NCBI GenBank assembly: GCA_024137785.1
Contig: JAHRHZ010000094.1
Location: 1,476,558-1,540,557, forward strand
Reading direction: 5' to 3'
Length of the DNA: 64,000 bases
From: Ginglymostoma cirratum
Taxonomy: Eukaryota
Made by a program: the position numbers and the translations under genes
Part shown: positions 37,907-51,000 of the stretch, piece after piece
How the letters are laid out: each line of letters opens with the position of its first letter
How positions within the stretch are numbered: the first letter of the stretch is position 1
Notes under the pieces: model-generated
Database searches by the model: none
Told to the model about the DNA's origin: nothing
What the model saw: only the letters and a program-made list of their open reading frames with translations

Positions 37907-39035
37907 GCCTGTTCACCCATTAATTGGGGCTGTTTGCCTGAGTCAGTCAGGGTTAGGTCACTGTGAGTCATGCCCGGGGATTGAATGCAGCATGCTGGGG
38001 CGCAGAGGGGAGCAGGCAATGTGAGGATGTGATGGAGACTGTAGACCGAGGAGAGCAACAGTGGTCTTCTGAGGAGGAGGGAGGAGGACATTGAGCAGGA
38101 GGGACAGCACCTTTAGCAGGACAGAGTGATGCAGCATTGCAGGCAATGAGCCAGCAATGGGCTGCACTGCCAGTCGATGTGAGCTGGGTGCAGTCATTAC
38201 TCACTGATTGGAAGTTGTTAATGCTTGAAAGGCAGACAGACCCTGTCTGTGTGGAGGCCTGTGTTGGTTTTGGTTTTCTTGCCTTTTGCTGTTGCTGAGC
38301 ATTTATTCACCATTTGAAGGCTTTCCATTGAACAGTGAGAAGATGTGATAAGAGACTGACATTTGGGACATTTGCTGCCTTCCCAGTGTGTGCCTCGTGT
38401 TTGGTTGATCCTGGGTGGCAACGGCTTGGCTTGGAACACAACTGGGTTCCATAAATGGATCCAATGCAGGAAATTGCAGAAGGTGCTGGCAGTGGCGATA
38501 CTTCCAGCAGTGGTGAGCTGGCAGTGCCACAGGATGGGTACCATGGAGAGGTGGTACAGACACAGTGCCAAAGGTTTGATGAAGTCGAGTGAGGAAACTC
38601 GCAACAGCTGGAGGGAAACATCCCTGAAATTGATGCTGGAGCCGATTTCTGGTTCCTAGTTTCGTCGTTAGTGAGCCTTTCGCTTCCCGAACATTTACAA
38701 CAAACAAAAGTGCTGGTGAAACTCAGCAGATTTGGCAGAGCTTTATTTAGCTTTGTTTCCTCAATGACATCCCGGGAGGAAGGGAGGGGCTGGGGCTCCT
38801 TGCGAAAGCCGAGAAGCTTACATTTGAGAAGATTACACTGACCAACAGTAAACACAGCGTGACCGCAAGAACTTTTGCTCTTTCTCAGTGAGAAGTTTGG
38901 AGAATAGCATCCCCTTCGTAACCACCTCCCTTTAAGTGCTCATCAACCAAAGAGGAATTACAAAATCCATTCTTCAGCCGAACAGAACTCAATTGTGAAT
39001 CTTGAAAGCTCTTGAGCAGAGAAACCGAGCCGAAA

Positions 39036-39072
39036 ATGTTCTGCATCTTTGTTCTGACAGCCCTGCAGTTGG
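39036..39072 (+). CDS. Gene B leader exon (MFCIFVLTALQL)
   Basis: Short hydrophobic leader, G|gtaaggag donor, 91-nt intron to the V exon. Confidence 0.82.
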
Positions 39073-42000
39073 GTAAGGAGCTAATTCCTTGGTGTGGGTT
39101 TATCTTCATTCACACTGCCTCTGTTGTGGTTCACTTGGTGATTTTCTGTCTCTTCCATTTCAGATCCAGTTGTACCCCACACTTCTCTGTCGATGCCTTC
39201 GGCTACTGTCCTCAGGCAGGAGAAAGGATCAGTGACACTCGAGTGTTTCAGCTCTAATAAGAAATTCCTTATGAAGTGGGGATACGTGACTCCCGGCTCT
39301 TCAGAAACCAAGTGGCTCATGTACTGGAACCCGGGAGAAAAAACGGCGACTCGAATGCCAGGGATCGAGCCTCGTTTCTCTCAATCCAGTAGCAGCAAAT
39401 ATGGTCTAAGAATCGACGCCTTGAGACTGGAGGACTCGGCCACATATTACTGTCAGAGTGGGGAGGAAGGAGATGACTGGTGTGCCTGTGGAACCACACT
39501 GAAGGTGAAAGCAAGTAAGTGAAGGAGAATATTGAAGCAGATCAGAGCATTTACTCTGGCTGTGAAGTGGAAAAAGAAGTGTGTAACTTTCTCCCAAAAT
39601 AACTAGGAGAAATGGTATAAAGATTGTTAGAGGTGGATCCATTGACAAACATCTTATTTACAGGTAGTAATTGAGATGGTTAATATTGGTCACTGCATCA
39701 GTCTCAGTTATTTCACCTTACTGTGATAGCTGAGGTCTTCCCAACATGTTGGATGTTGTTTATAGATATTTTCCAAATCAACCTGCTCAGAGATGTTATT
39801 ATACACTGCTGGAGCAGGTGGGACATGAACCCAGGCCTCCTAGTCCAGAGGTGGAGACATTACCACTGCACCACAAGAGCCTTTGGGGGCAGTTTATATG
39901 GAACAAGGTGAATAACACAAACCTGGTGCTGACAGAACTTGAAAAAGCCAGTTTGGTTAAACTGATGTGGATGTCACACAACTCAGAAACAGACCCTTCG
40001 GTCCAACCAGTCCATGCTGACCATAATCCCAAACTAAACTAGTCCCACCTGCCTGCTCCTGGCCCATGTCCATCCAAACCTTTCCTATCTATATACTTAT
40101 CCAAATGTCTTTTAAAGGCTGTAACTGTACCCACACCCACCACTTCCTCTGGAAGTTCATTCCACATGGGAACCACTCTCTGTGTAAAAAAAATTGCCCC
40201 TCATGTCTTTTTAAAATGTCTCTCCCCTCACCTTGAAAATGTGCCCCCCCACCCCCTGTCTTGAAAACCCCCATCCTAGGGAAAAGACAACGACTGATAG
40301 ATTCTCCAGCATCTGCAGTACCTTTTATCTCTTATGACTGATAGCATTTCCCAGCTATAGATGGAGCAGGTCAGCATCTCTGGGGTAGAAGGAGACCATT
40401 CAATCTATTGTGTCTATGCCAGCACTCCAAGTGATCATTTCACTTAGTCCCGTTCCCCTACCTTGTCCAAGTGAACCTGAACGTTGCTCCTTTTCAAGTA
40501 ATTGTCTAATTCCCCTTCAACAGCCTCAGTTAAATCCTGTCTTCACCAGTGCATTCCAGGTCCTAAGCACTCACTAGGTGAGAAAAGTTTTTCCTCATGT
40601 CTTATTTTAGCAATTTACTTTAAACATGAGCCCTTTCATTCTCAAGCCTTTCATGAATGGGAACGCTTTCTCCCTATTTATTCTGTCTGACCCTCACATT
40701 ATTTTGAACAATTCAGTCAGATCTCCTGTCAGACTTCTCCTTCTTGAAGGGGAACAGTCCCAGTTTCTCCAATCTATCTCCATAACTGAAATTCCTCAGG
40801 CCTGGACCCACTCTTGTAAATCTTTGCATTCTTTCCAATGGCTTCACCATCCTTCCTGAAGTACAGCACTAGGTACTAGGCACAATGTTCCAGCTAAGCC
40901 GAGCTAAGTGTCTTGTATTAGCTCACTATGACCTCTTTGATCTTACAAGCTTTGCCCCTGTTAATAAGGTTTAGGGTATTCTAACCTGTCCTGCAATCTT
41001 TAATGACTAATGCACAGATACACTTACGTCCCTCACTCCTGCACCTACTTTAAACACGCATCTTTTATTTTGTGATTTTGTGTTCTTCTGACCAAAATGT
41101 ATGGCCTCGCCTCTCCCCACTTAACTCTGTCTGTCGTCTTTCCAGCTGCCCTGTTGAACTGCATTTGCGCAGTTTACAATGCTGCCTTGTTTTTGTATTG
41201 TTTGTATGTTTTGAAACTTGTGCCAAGGTCTAGAAAGCTAAGCTAATATTTGGAAAAACAAGGGGTGCACCACTGCCCCTCAGAGAACTGAACTGCAAAT
41301 CCTCCCCTGGAAAGCCTTCATTAATCATTACTTTCTCTTTGCTGTCTCTCGACCACCTTTGCCTCTATGTTACGGCTGCCCCTTTAATTCCACGTGTTCT
41401 AGTTTGGCTCCCACGTCTTTTGTGTGGCACTTAAATATTTTCTGGAAGTCTGTGTCAGATCAACAGCCTTTGTTACATCATCTAAAACCTCCAGTAAGTT
41501 CAATAAAAATGACTTTCCCTTATGTAACCTGTGCTGGTTCTCCTATATTGTCCACGTGACTGCTGATTACATTCTGAAATATTGCCTCAAGAAATTTCCC
41601 AACTACAGATGTTAAACTAACCAATCTGTGATTAGTTGGTCTATCTTTACACTCTGTTTTGAACAAGTGCAGAACATTTGCAATTCCTCAGTCCTCCGCC
41701 ACCATCTTTCTGTGTCCAAGGGGAAACTATTGCCAGTGTCTCTGTAATTTCTGCTCTCTCGTCCCTCATTATACTTACAGTCATAGAGTCATAGAGCTGT
41801 ACAGCTCAGAAACGGACCCTTCTGTCCAACTCGTCTATGCCGACCAGATATCCTAAATGAATCTAATCCCATTTGCCAGCATTTAGCCCATATCCCTCTA
41901 AACCTTTCCTCTTCATTTACCCATCCAGATGCCTTTTACATGTATTAATTGTAGCAGGCTCCACCACTTCATCTGGTAGCTCATTCCATACACACACCAG

Positions 42001-45000
42001 CCTCTGCATGATAAAGTTAACTCCTCAGGTCCTTTCTAAATCTTTCCCCTCTCAGCTTAAACCTATACCCCTCTAGTTTTGGATTCCTCCACCCAAGGGA
42101 AAAGACTTTGTCTATTCACCTTATCCATGCCCCTCATGATTTTAGAAACCTCTATAAAGTCACCCCTCAGCCTCCGACACCCCAGGGAAAATAGCCGCAG
42201 CCCATTTTGGATGCAACTTATGCAAAACCCTCATGGGTTATGAGGTGGGTGGGGGCGTTATGGGTTAGAATAGCGTGCATCAAGGGATGTGGCGATTGTT
42301 AGGATGTGTAGATTGGCATCGGGTACGAGGGATTATGGGGGTGAGTACAGAGGCATGGGGTATGAGCGATTATGAGGGTGAGTACAGAGACATGGGGCAT
42401 GAGGGATTTTGGGGGTAAGTACAGAGTCATGGGTGTATTTGAGGCTATAAAGGGCCATGGCGATGAGGTTACGAAGGGTTTTGAGGTGTGGATACGGGAG
42501 CGTTGGTTGGTACAGAGGGACATGGGGATGTGGGTAGGATGAAGGAGGGACAAGGGCTGGAGGCCTGTTTTTTAGTGTTCTTGCATCTGTCCCGATGAGT
42601 AAAAGTTGAGAATCTTTGACAGTTAGTCATTTTTTTCTTGTAATACTTAAGTCCTGAATGCCCAATGAATATGATAAAAATTAATTGCCTTTTCCCCTTG
42701 TAATTCCAGCCATTTTGCCAAGACCACCGTCCGTGCATCTCCATTATGTACTTCCTGAGAAAGATTTCCAGCAGACGGATAGCTCGCTGCTTTGTGTGTC
42801 AAGAGATTTTTACCCGGAGAATATATCGGTGTCTTGGTATGAGGGGGGCAGAGAGATATTCTCAGGCATCACACACTTACGTAGACTGGTGGATTCAAAT
42901 GACCGTTACACTGTGATCAGTAAATTGACAATTTCAACATCTCAGTGGCTCAGCGGTTCTCGTTACTCTTGTATTATTTCACATGAAGCCTTGCCTTCTC
43001 CACTCATCAGAACAATCAGTAAAAATGGTATGTCCATGTTTCCAGATCCTTTGTAGAACCATTATTGATTGCTGGCTTCTGATTAATTCTAACCACTTTA
43101 ACAGAACTTAGCCAGTGTGCCTACCACCACCATTGGTGTAGGGTTGTCACTGTATGTTTGAATGTTTCTTAATGCAATCTCTCAGACATCCAAAGTACAA
43201 AACGGTCCTAATTTAGATAATGTAATTTCACGCAAGTATCCAAACTTCAACAGTCTTGAAAAGGAGGAAGGATGATGGGGGTTAATACATTCCCAGAATT
43301 TAGTAGATGACCCCAACTAATCAAACTGATTGATTGAAAGTTTATCTCTTTCCAGAAATACCCTTTATCTCCTTTTGACTTTTACTCACTTGAATTACTT
43401 TTTGTGATAGCTTAAAATATTTCTCAGTTCTTTTATGCTTTTGGTTGAAAAGGTTTTGCATGACTTCCCTTCTTCATAACTTGTGTTCCCTAATAATTCT
43501 TAATGGCTCTTCAGCATCTACAACATTTGAAGTTGGTCACTGGAAAGTTGCTTTTATTTGTTCCTAATGTGTGGGTGTTACCGGGAAGGTCAATATTTGT
43601 TGCCATTTCTAGCTGTCCTTGAGATGGTAATGATGAATTGCATTTTTACATGGTTGTAGTCAATATAGTGTGGATGCAGCCACAGTGTTATAAAGAAGAG
43701 AGCTCCAGGTTTTTGACCAAGTGACAATGAAGGGATGGTGATATAGTTTCAAGTCAGGTTGGTGTGTGGTTCAGAGGGAATTGGTAGGCAGTGGTGTTCC
43801 CAAGCATCCACTGCTATTGTCCTTTTAGGGAATGTCAGTGATAGGGTTGAGGGCAAGTGGGAGTTAATGACAAAAGGATACATAATGTAAACAGCCAAAG
43901 GGAGTAGAAAATAGGATAAATAAAGATAATCTCTCCTGTTTTACACCCTATCAGACACCTTCCCTTTTGTTCCATTTCCCACACCCCACCAACTGCACTT
44001 ACTTTAAATTCATTGTACATTTCCAAAATCTCTCAAATCTGTTAAAATTCCCATCAAGCTAAACATTCACTCTATTTCTCTCTCCAAGGTGCTGCAAGAC
44101 CTGTTGAGAATCTCTAGTGTTTTATATTTTCATTTCAGAAATTGATTATCTTTTTTAGACCAATTTTGTGCATCAGGTATTCTAGGGACGAGTTCTGTAG
44201 AATCTCCATTGTGTGGCAAATACAACATAAGTTGTGTGAATTGAATTATCTCTTACTGATATACCGAGTCATACAGCACGGAGCTCTTCGGTCTAACCAG
44301 CCCATGCCAAACATAATTCCAATCTGAACTAGTCCCATATGCCTGATCTTGGCCCATGTCCCTTCAAACCTTTCTTATCCATGTACTTTTCTAAATATCT
44401 TTTAAATGTTGTAACAGTGCCCACATCTGCCATTTCCTCCAAATGTTCGCTCCACTCATGAACAACCCTCTGTGTAAAAAATTTGCCGCCATGTCTTTTT
44501 TAAATCTCTCTCCTCTCACCTTAAAAATATGACCCCTAGTCTTGAAATCGCCCACCCTAGGGAAAAGACAACAATTTTTAACCCTATCTAAACTCCACAT
44601 GATTTTATAAACCTCTATAGGATACCCTCAAGCTTCTACGCTCCATTGAGAAAAGTCCCAACCTATTCAACCCCTCCTTATAACTCAAACCCTCCATTCC
44701 GGTCAACATCTTGGTAAATCTTTTCTGAACCCTCTCCAGCTTAATAATATCCTTCCTATAACTGGGCGACCAAAACTGGACACAGTATTCCAGAAGTGAC
44801 CTCACCAATGTCCTGTACAACCTCAATGTAACCTCCCAACCCCTATATAAGTTAAAACATTAATATAGTGTTCAAACTTTAAGGTATACCTGATTAGTTA
44901 TCTATGTTAAACATTGCTTTTATCTTTTTTATTATAAAATGATTTTAAGGAACATTGGGGTCAAATGTCCATTAAAAGTCCAGTTTTGGTTATGGTTTTC

Positions 45001-48000
45001 TCAACAAAACCTGAGGAGGTTGTTTTTAGCTGTCCTGTTATATTACAAAGTGAATACATCACACAACAGACCTGGAGTTCAAAGTGAAGTGCTGTTTTCC
45101 AATTCTCAGTGAAGGAGTAAAAATGAACCAACTTATTCCACAATTCTTACCTATACCTCAAGTGAATCTCCATTTGGAAGTTATTGATAAACATTTGTTC
45201 TGAAGTTGTTATTAGTTCCAATACTTGACATTATTTCAGCTCCAATCATCAAGATCTATCTTATTAAAATACTGGACCATTGAGGTGTGGATTGAATTAC
45301 TGGAGAGCTCTTCCTCAGTCAAAAAGAGACCACTGTTGGTTTGGTTGAGTTGTGGAAATATAGACCACCGGATCATTACTGTGGTTTGTTCTTAGTGCTG
45401 AATACAACTGATATTTACCCCTTTGTACTTCACATGCTTGTCTCAAACCAGCGCCTCCCCCAGGTTGCAGTGAGCATTGCTGTGGGGAAACATGATTTGT
45501 GTTACCTTAAATATGTCAAGTAATATATTGACAGGACCATCAGATAGCTTCCCCATAATTTTAGATTTATGTATAAAATGACCAAAACATTAAGACCAAA
45601 ATAATCTTATAATTACATGACTAGCTATATGTTGATATACTCTTAAGTTATTTTATTTTTAAAATACAGCAACATTTTTATAGAGTCATACAGTCATAGA
45701 GCCATACAGCACGGAAACAGACCTTTCGGTCCAACCATACCGGCTATAATCCCAAACTAAACAAATCCCAGCTGCCTGCTCCTGGACCGTATCCCTCCAA
45801 ACCTTTCCTATTCATGTACCTATCCAAATGTCTTTTAAATGTTGTAACTGTACCCACATCAACCCCCTTCCTCAGGAAGTTCATTCCACACACAAACCAC
45901 TCTCTTCGTGGAAGGTTTGCCCCTTATGTCTTTTTAAAATTTCTCTCCTTTGTTTCAATATTTTTCATTTCAGATACTCAGCTCACATCTATGTGCTATA
46001 TAAATCTTAGAATAATATAGAGCAAGAGTTCCATGCAAAACATTTCTAATTATTTTCTCAATTAATAGTTAGGACGCTGTTGGAAGATTATTTCTTGTGT
46101 TTGAGATTAGTCTGAAATATTGACAAAAGAAATTGCTATTCTGTCAAATAGTGAAAAATGAGCTGTTAGGGATTATAACAATGTCATCTATTAGTACATT
46201 GACTTCAATTCAAGTAAATTTTAATAGCATCAGAATTACGGAGGTTTTATCATTTATCATTTGGAAGTTAGAAGTAAGAGCTGAAAAACATTTTACGGTT
46301 ACTTTTTCTCAAATCCGTACCAGTAAGTTTTCATCTTCCTCAATGTTTTATACAGAATAAGGGAAGTCAATGACTGTGTCTTGGTAAGAAGAGAATGAGC
46401 TAAAGGTCTTGCCTCTTTCCATTTTATCTCCCCTGCTTAATTTCTAATTCACCAATGAGGTTAAAACTACAAAGTCTATTTACCAGACATAGTCTAAGCT
46501 TCTGTAGTGGTGCTCACCATCTTATACTGAGTCCGCGATGGTAATCTTTAGCAGTTTATAAATCATTGAATGTTTTGCTGCTGTTAGAGTAATCAGCAGG
46601 TACCAGATTGGCGCAAAGTTTCACTTTGGAAGTACAGTTCCAAACTCCATAGTTCTATCACAGTTCTGAGTGTTTAATTGATTTTGCTGTTATAAGTTAT
46701 TGATTATATTTTACAAAGAAAATCACTGCTCTCTGCCTTCACTTAACAAATTCAAAACGTATTTGGTCAGGTGCATGTGATAAAGCATTCATTGAATCTT
46801 TGGTCTAATGATCTGTTCCTGTCTTTTCTGTAGATGGTTTCATTCAGAAGCCTGTGATCCACCTGATCGCTCCTCTGTCTGATGCTGCCTCTGCAGGGCA
46901 AAACGTTACTATGACTTGCTTGGTGTCAGACTTTTACCCTGCTGATATTTCTGTGACTTGGAGAGATGAGAATGGCCCAGTGGATACGGGAGTGACCCAG
47001 TTTGCAGTGGCTTTGGGCAGTACCAGTACTTACCGAACAGTGAGTCAGTTGACCGTGCCAACAACAGAGTGGGAGAGTAACCATACTTACTGGTGTGAAG
47101 TGAAACATGTGTCCCTGGGACAGGCACTGCAGAGAGCTGTCACTAAGGATCTGCACAACGTCTACATTGGTGAGCTGGTGTGCAGGTGCTTTGGAAGGTG
47201 CCGAGGGCTCAGTGAATGTGGTATGCATGTGGATGGGTGTTTGCAGGGGTGTACGTGGAGAGTGTGGAAGAGCGTACGTGTGGAATTGTGCTCCATGAGT
47301 CTCAGTCAGATGTGGTTTTGTGGAAGGGAGTTGTTTTTTCATCTATGGTTAGACTGTCAGTTTGGTGCTTTTGATGTGTGGGTGAGTTGCTGGGGTTATT
47401 GTGTGGTATGCAAGTGCGTACACACTGGTTTATGTTTGTGAGGGCTTACACAGTGTTTGTCAGTAACCTCTTGACACTATCCCGAAGAACATTCTGACCA
47501 TGTGCAGAGATCCATGGTTTCAGAGGTAGCATTTTTCTGAGGTGTAGACTGTTAAACCTGAAAACAAGCTGCACAGCAGAACATCCATGGCACCATTTTT
47601 GCTTTGAATTGCATTCATTTACATGCAGAAACGTTTACAAGTGAATTGTGATGGGCAGAGACCCAGTGCCAATGGATCAGCACTGAATTAAGAACTGTGC
47701 AAAGTGTGGGAAATCTGCTTCCTTATTCTGAACACCGTAGATTTCCAGCATTGACTGATTGCTCAAGGTGAGGTTAAGGTGCACATGCAGCACGCCAACC
47801 AAAGAAAAACTTATTTCTAAATAGGAATACATATTCCATTGGCAGATTCTCCCAATTCTTCAACGATGGATGTTCACTGTCTTGATTAGTGTTAACTCAC
47901 AAGTGATGTTAAACTATATTTTGTTTTGAGATCTGATTGAAAAACAATGTTATGAGTGAAATCACTGTTGGAAGGGAAGGTGAAGCAGCATTGTACAACA

Positions 48001-51000
48001 TCCACACTGGGACCTGACTCGCACGCCACATGTTGAGATTTCCTGCTGATGGTAACTTCTTCCTGTGGCTGTTTACTTTTGTCCCAACATACTGAGCTCC
48101 AAATTACATGCTCTGATGTTGGCTTTCAGAATGGGTTTGTATATAAGTCTGCAAAGTTCCATGATGTGAGTTCAAAACTGGAATTTGGGGCTGCACATTG
48201 GTTCAGTGATTAGCACTGCTGCCTCACAGCACCAGGGACAATGTTTGAGATCATAGATAGGTATCATCATAGAATCCCTACAGTGTGGAAGCAGGCCATC
48301 CGTCCAATCGAGTCCATACCAACCCTCTAAAGAGCATCCCAACCAGACTCACTCCCTGCACTATCCCTGCAACCCCTTATTTACCATGGCCACTCCATCC
48401 TAACCTGCATGTTGTTAGACAGTGGAAGGAAACCAGAGCTCCTGAAGGAAATCCAGGCTGACATGGAGAGAATGTGCAAACTCCACACAGACAGTTTCCT
48501 GAGAGTGGAATTGAATCCAGGTCCCTGGTGCTGTGAGGCAGCAGTGCTAACCACTGAGCCATTGTACTGCCCAAATTCCACAGTTTTGAACAAATGAAAC
48601 AAAACTTTACTATCTAAATTATGACACTAAAACTATACATAGATATTTACCTTATAATCTACAATCCAGATTTAACATGAGGTATGCAGACAAACACCTG
48701 TTAAATATCCCAAAGACCACATCAAGTAGCCAATGTTGTCATGGCAGCAATCAAGATGGCAACAGGACTTCTCAGCAATTGCTTCCCACCCCTCTATCAG
48801 ATGTTAGTACAACCGTAGATCTCCATAGAATCACATTAAAAACCTGTTTCCTTTACAAATGGTTTCAATTCTTGACATTGGAGGTCCTAACTTTGAAGCT
48901 CTTTCTAAAATTACCCTGTTAGATACTGCCCACATAACTCCTGATGTCCTAACCATTCAATCCCTTCTCCTACATTTCACCACGTTCTCAAGGTCACACT
49001 CTGGAATCTGCTCGTGAGTATAATTCTAACTCTTTTGCAGGCAGTTACGTTGACTAAGCTGAAACAACCCTTTGTTTATCTGAGCTCCAATCATTCTCAA
49101 CTGTATCAAGCTTGACCTGTTTGTCTGCTGCCTTCAGCCTAACTCTCAGCTACACTGAATTATCAATGGTCTTCAGCTTGCTTCTGAGTCCCAACTGTTC
49201 TGGATAGCAGCCAGGATCTCTCCTCCTAAGATCTAACTCCAAATATTAGCTCTGCTTATTGGCTCCCTGGAGCCCTAACTGCTGGAATTTGCCACAGCAG
49301 CACCTTTTTAATATGGAACCCCTTTCCCAGCTTGGCAAGAAACTGAGAGATAAGCAGGCTGAAGGTAGAAGTCTTCTGCTTTGATCTCCTCTGACCAAGC
49401 AAATGAACCTGACTGTTCAATGACCTTTCAGTTGTGTCAAACGACCAATTGAAAATATTGCAACAAGACCTTGATCCTAGGCAGGATCAAATATACTAAC
49501 TGTTGGAACATCACATTGAATGTAACAATTAGAACATCCTTTATCTACGTTGTAATTTTCACCAAACCTATTCTTCACTGCTGTCACCTTCAGAACATAG
49601 GCATAGACACAAAAAAATGGGTTTTATTTCATAAACCCCATGGCGAACATGTCTGAAACTGAGCTGTGGTGAATAGGCTCTGGATGTAAGACATTTGGAG
49701 CTTTGTTGTTGGGGATTTTGTCCTTCCACTTGCAGGGAGACCTTAGACAATAAATAGCTTTGATATTGAAGTGCCGCTGTTGGACTGGGGTGGACAAAGT
49801 CAGAAGCTGCACAACACCAGATAATAGTCCAACAGGTTTATTTGAAATTACAAGCTTTTGGGATGCTGCTTTTTCATCAGGTGACGCTCTGAAAGCTTGT
49901 AATTTCAAATAAATCTGTTAGACAATACCTGGTGTCAGGTGACTTCTGAGTAAATTGTTTTGTGCAATTTGGGTAGGGTAGCCCACCTCCCAAGTGATGC
50001 GAGAATCATTGCCTAGATCATGTTAATATCTCAAAAAGCTGTGGGTGAGCCTGTCCAAATGTTTGTCTCATTGAAAGTGATTCGTTGGAGAGAATGTTAC
50101 TACATTTGCAGGCCTTCTGAACTGAATTGAGGGTGCGTTGTTGTTTATAATGATAGGCTTGTATAGTGGCCAGAGGTGGGTTGGTGCAAAGTATTTGTCT
50201 TTTTCAGAAGAGTTATCAGCCGATTGGGGTTCCAAGGCTTGGGTATAGTTGTTAACAAGAATCTGGCTTCTTCTGGAGCGTGCTATCCACTATGTGTGCT
50301 TACTTACAGGAACACAGGAGTTCATTTTACATCTGATAGAAGTCTACAAAATTACAAAATTATGAGGGGCATAGATAGGGTTGACAGTCAGAATGTTTTT
50401 CCCAGAGTTGAAATGTCTACATCTAGAGGCCATGCATTTAAGGTGAGAGGAGGAAAGTTCAAAGGAGATGTGAGGGGTAGGTTTTTTTACACAGAGAGTC
50501 TGGAATGCTCTGCCAGGGGTTGTGGTGGAGGCAGATACAGTAGGGGCATTTAAGGGGCTTTTAGATAACCACATGAATATGCAAGGAACAGAGTGATATG
50601 AACCACGGACAGGCAGAAGGGATTAGTTTAATTTGGCATCATGTTCGGCACTGCATCGTGGGCCAAAGGGTCCATTCCTGTGCTGTACTGTTCTACGTTC
50701 TATCTGTTCAGTGACCTTTGTAAGTGCCTTGAACCTTTGCAGATTGAAGAAGTTGCCATCCGTTCTGAACTGAGAATGTGAGGATCGGAGATGTAAGAAA
50801 GGCCAAAATGAGGCGGGCAGACAGAATTGGAGCTATCACACATCTTTCTTGGTGGCGTTGGTGACAGGAAAGACATCTGATAAGGCACCGTTCTGCACCA
50901 CACCAGCCTTTGTGCCATCATGAAAGATCTCTGCACTACTCCTCATTCCTCTGTCATGATTCACTAATGATCCACTGTCTCCTTTATCTGTAATTAGTGA

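Larger units (their letters stand above)
25755..47152. repeat. ~350-bp inverted repeat pair (25755-26102 and 46805-47152) formed by the near-identical C1 exons plus ~30 nt of upstream intron
   Basis: About 13 mismatches in ~320 exon nt by hand count; intron ends ctaatgatctgttcctgtcttt(g/t)ctgtag are shared. Confidence 0.95.

Noticed and set aside
37405-37966. Two long repetitive ORFs, or a possible CRISPR-like array
   Set aside because: They are translations of a spacer-less 23-bp minisatellite in a eukaryotic genome.
36780-38660. GC-richer intergenic block as a decayed DNA transposon (Harbinger-like) or a gene
   Set aside because: No matching terminal inverted repeats or transposase motif could be identified, and the ORFs are uninformative.
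39454-39502. Heptamer-like CAGAGTG (B) and CAAAGTG (A) right after the second V cysteine, and CACACTG in B's J-like segment, as RSS relics
   Set aside because: They are Gln-Ser and Thr-Thr-Leu codons; the first two break the invariant CAC, and no nonamer lies at 12 or 23 nt.
47170-47441. Cys-rich 90-aa read-through extension of gene B's last C1 exon as a secretory tail
   Set aside because: TG-rich low-complexity intron sequence naturally encodes C/V/G/W; the donor GTGAGC is strong and no nearby poly(A) signal was seen.
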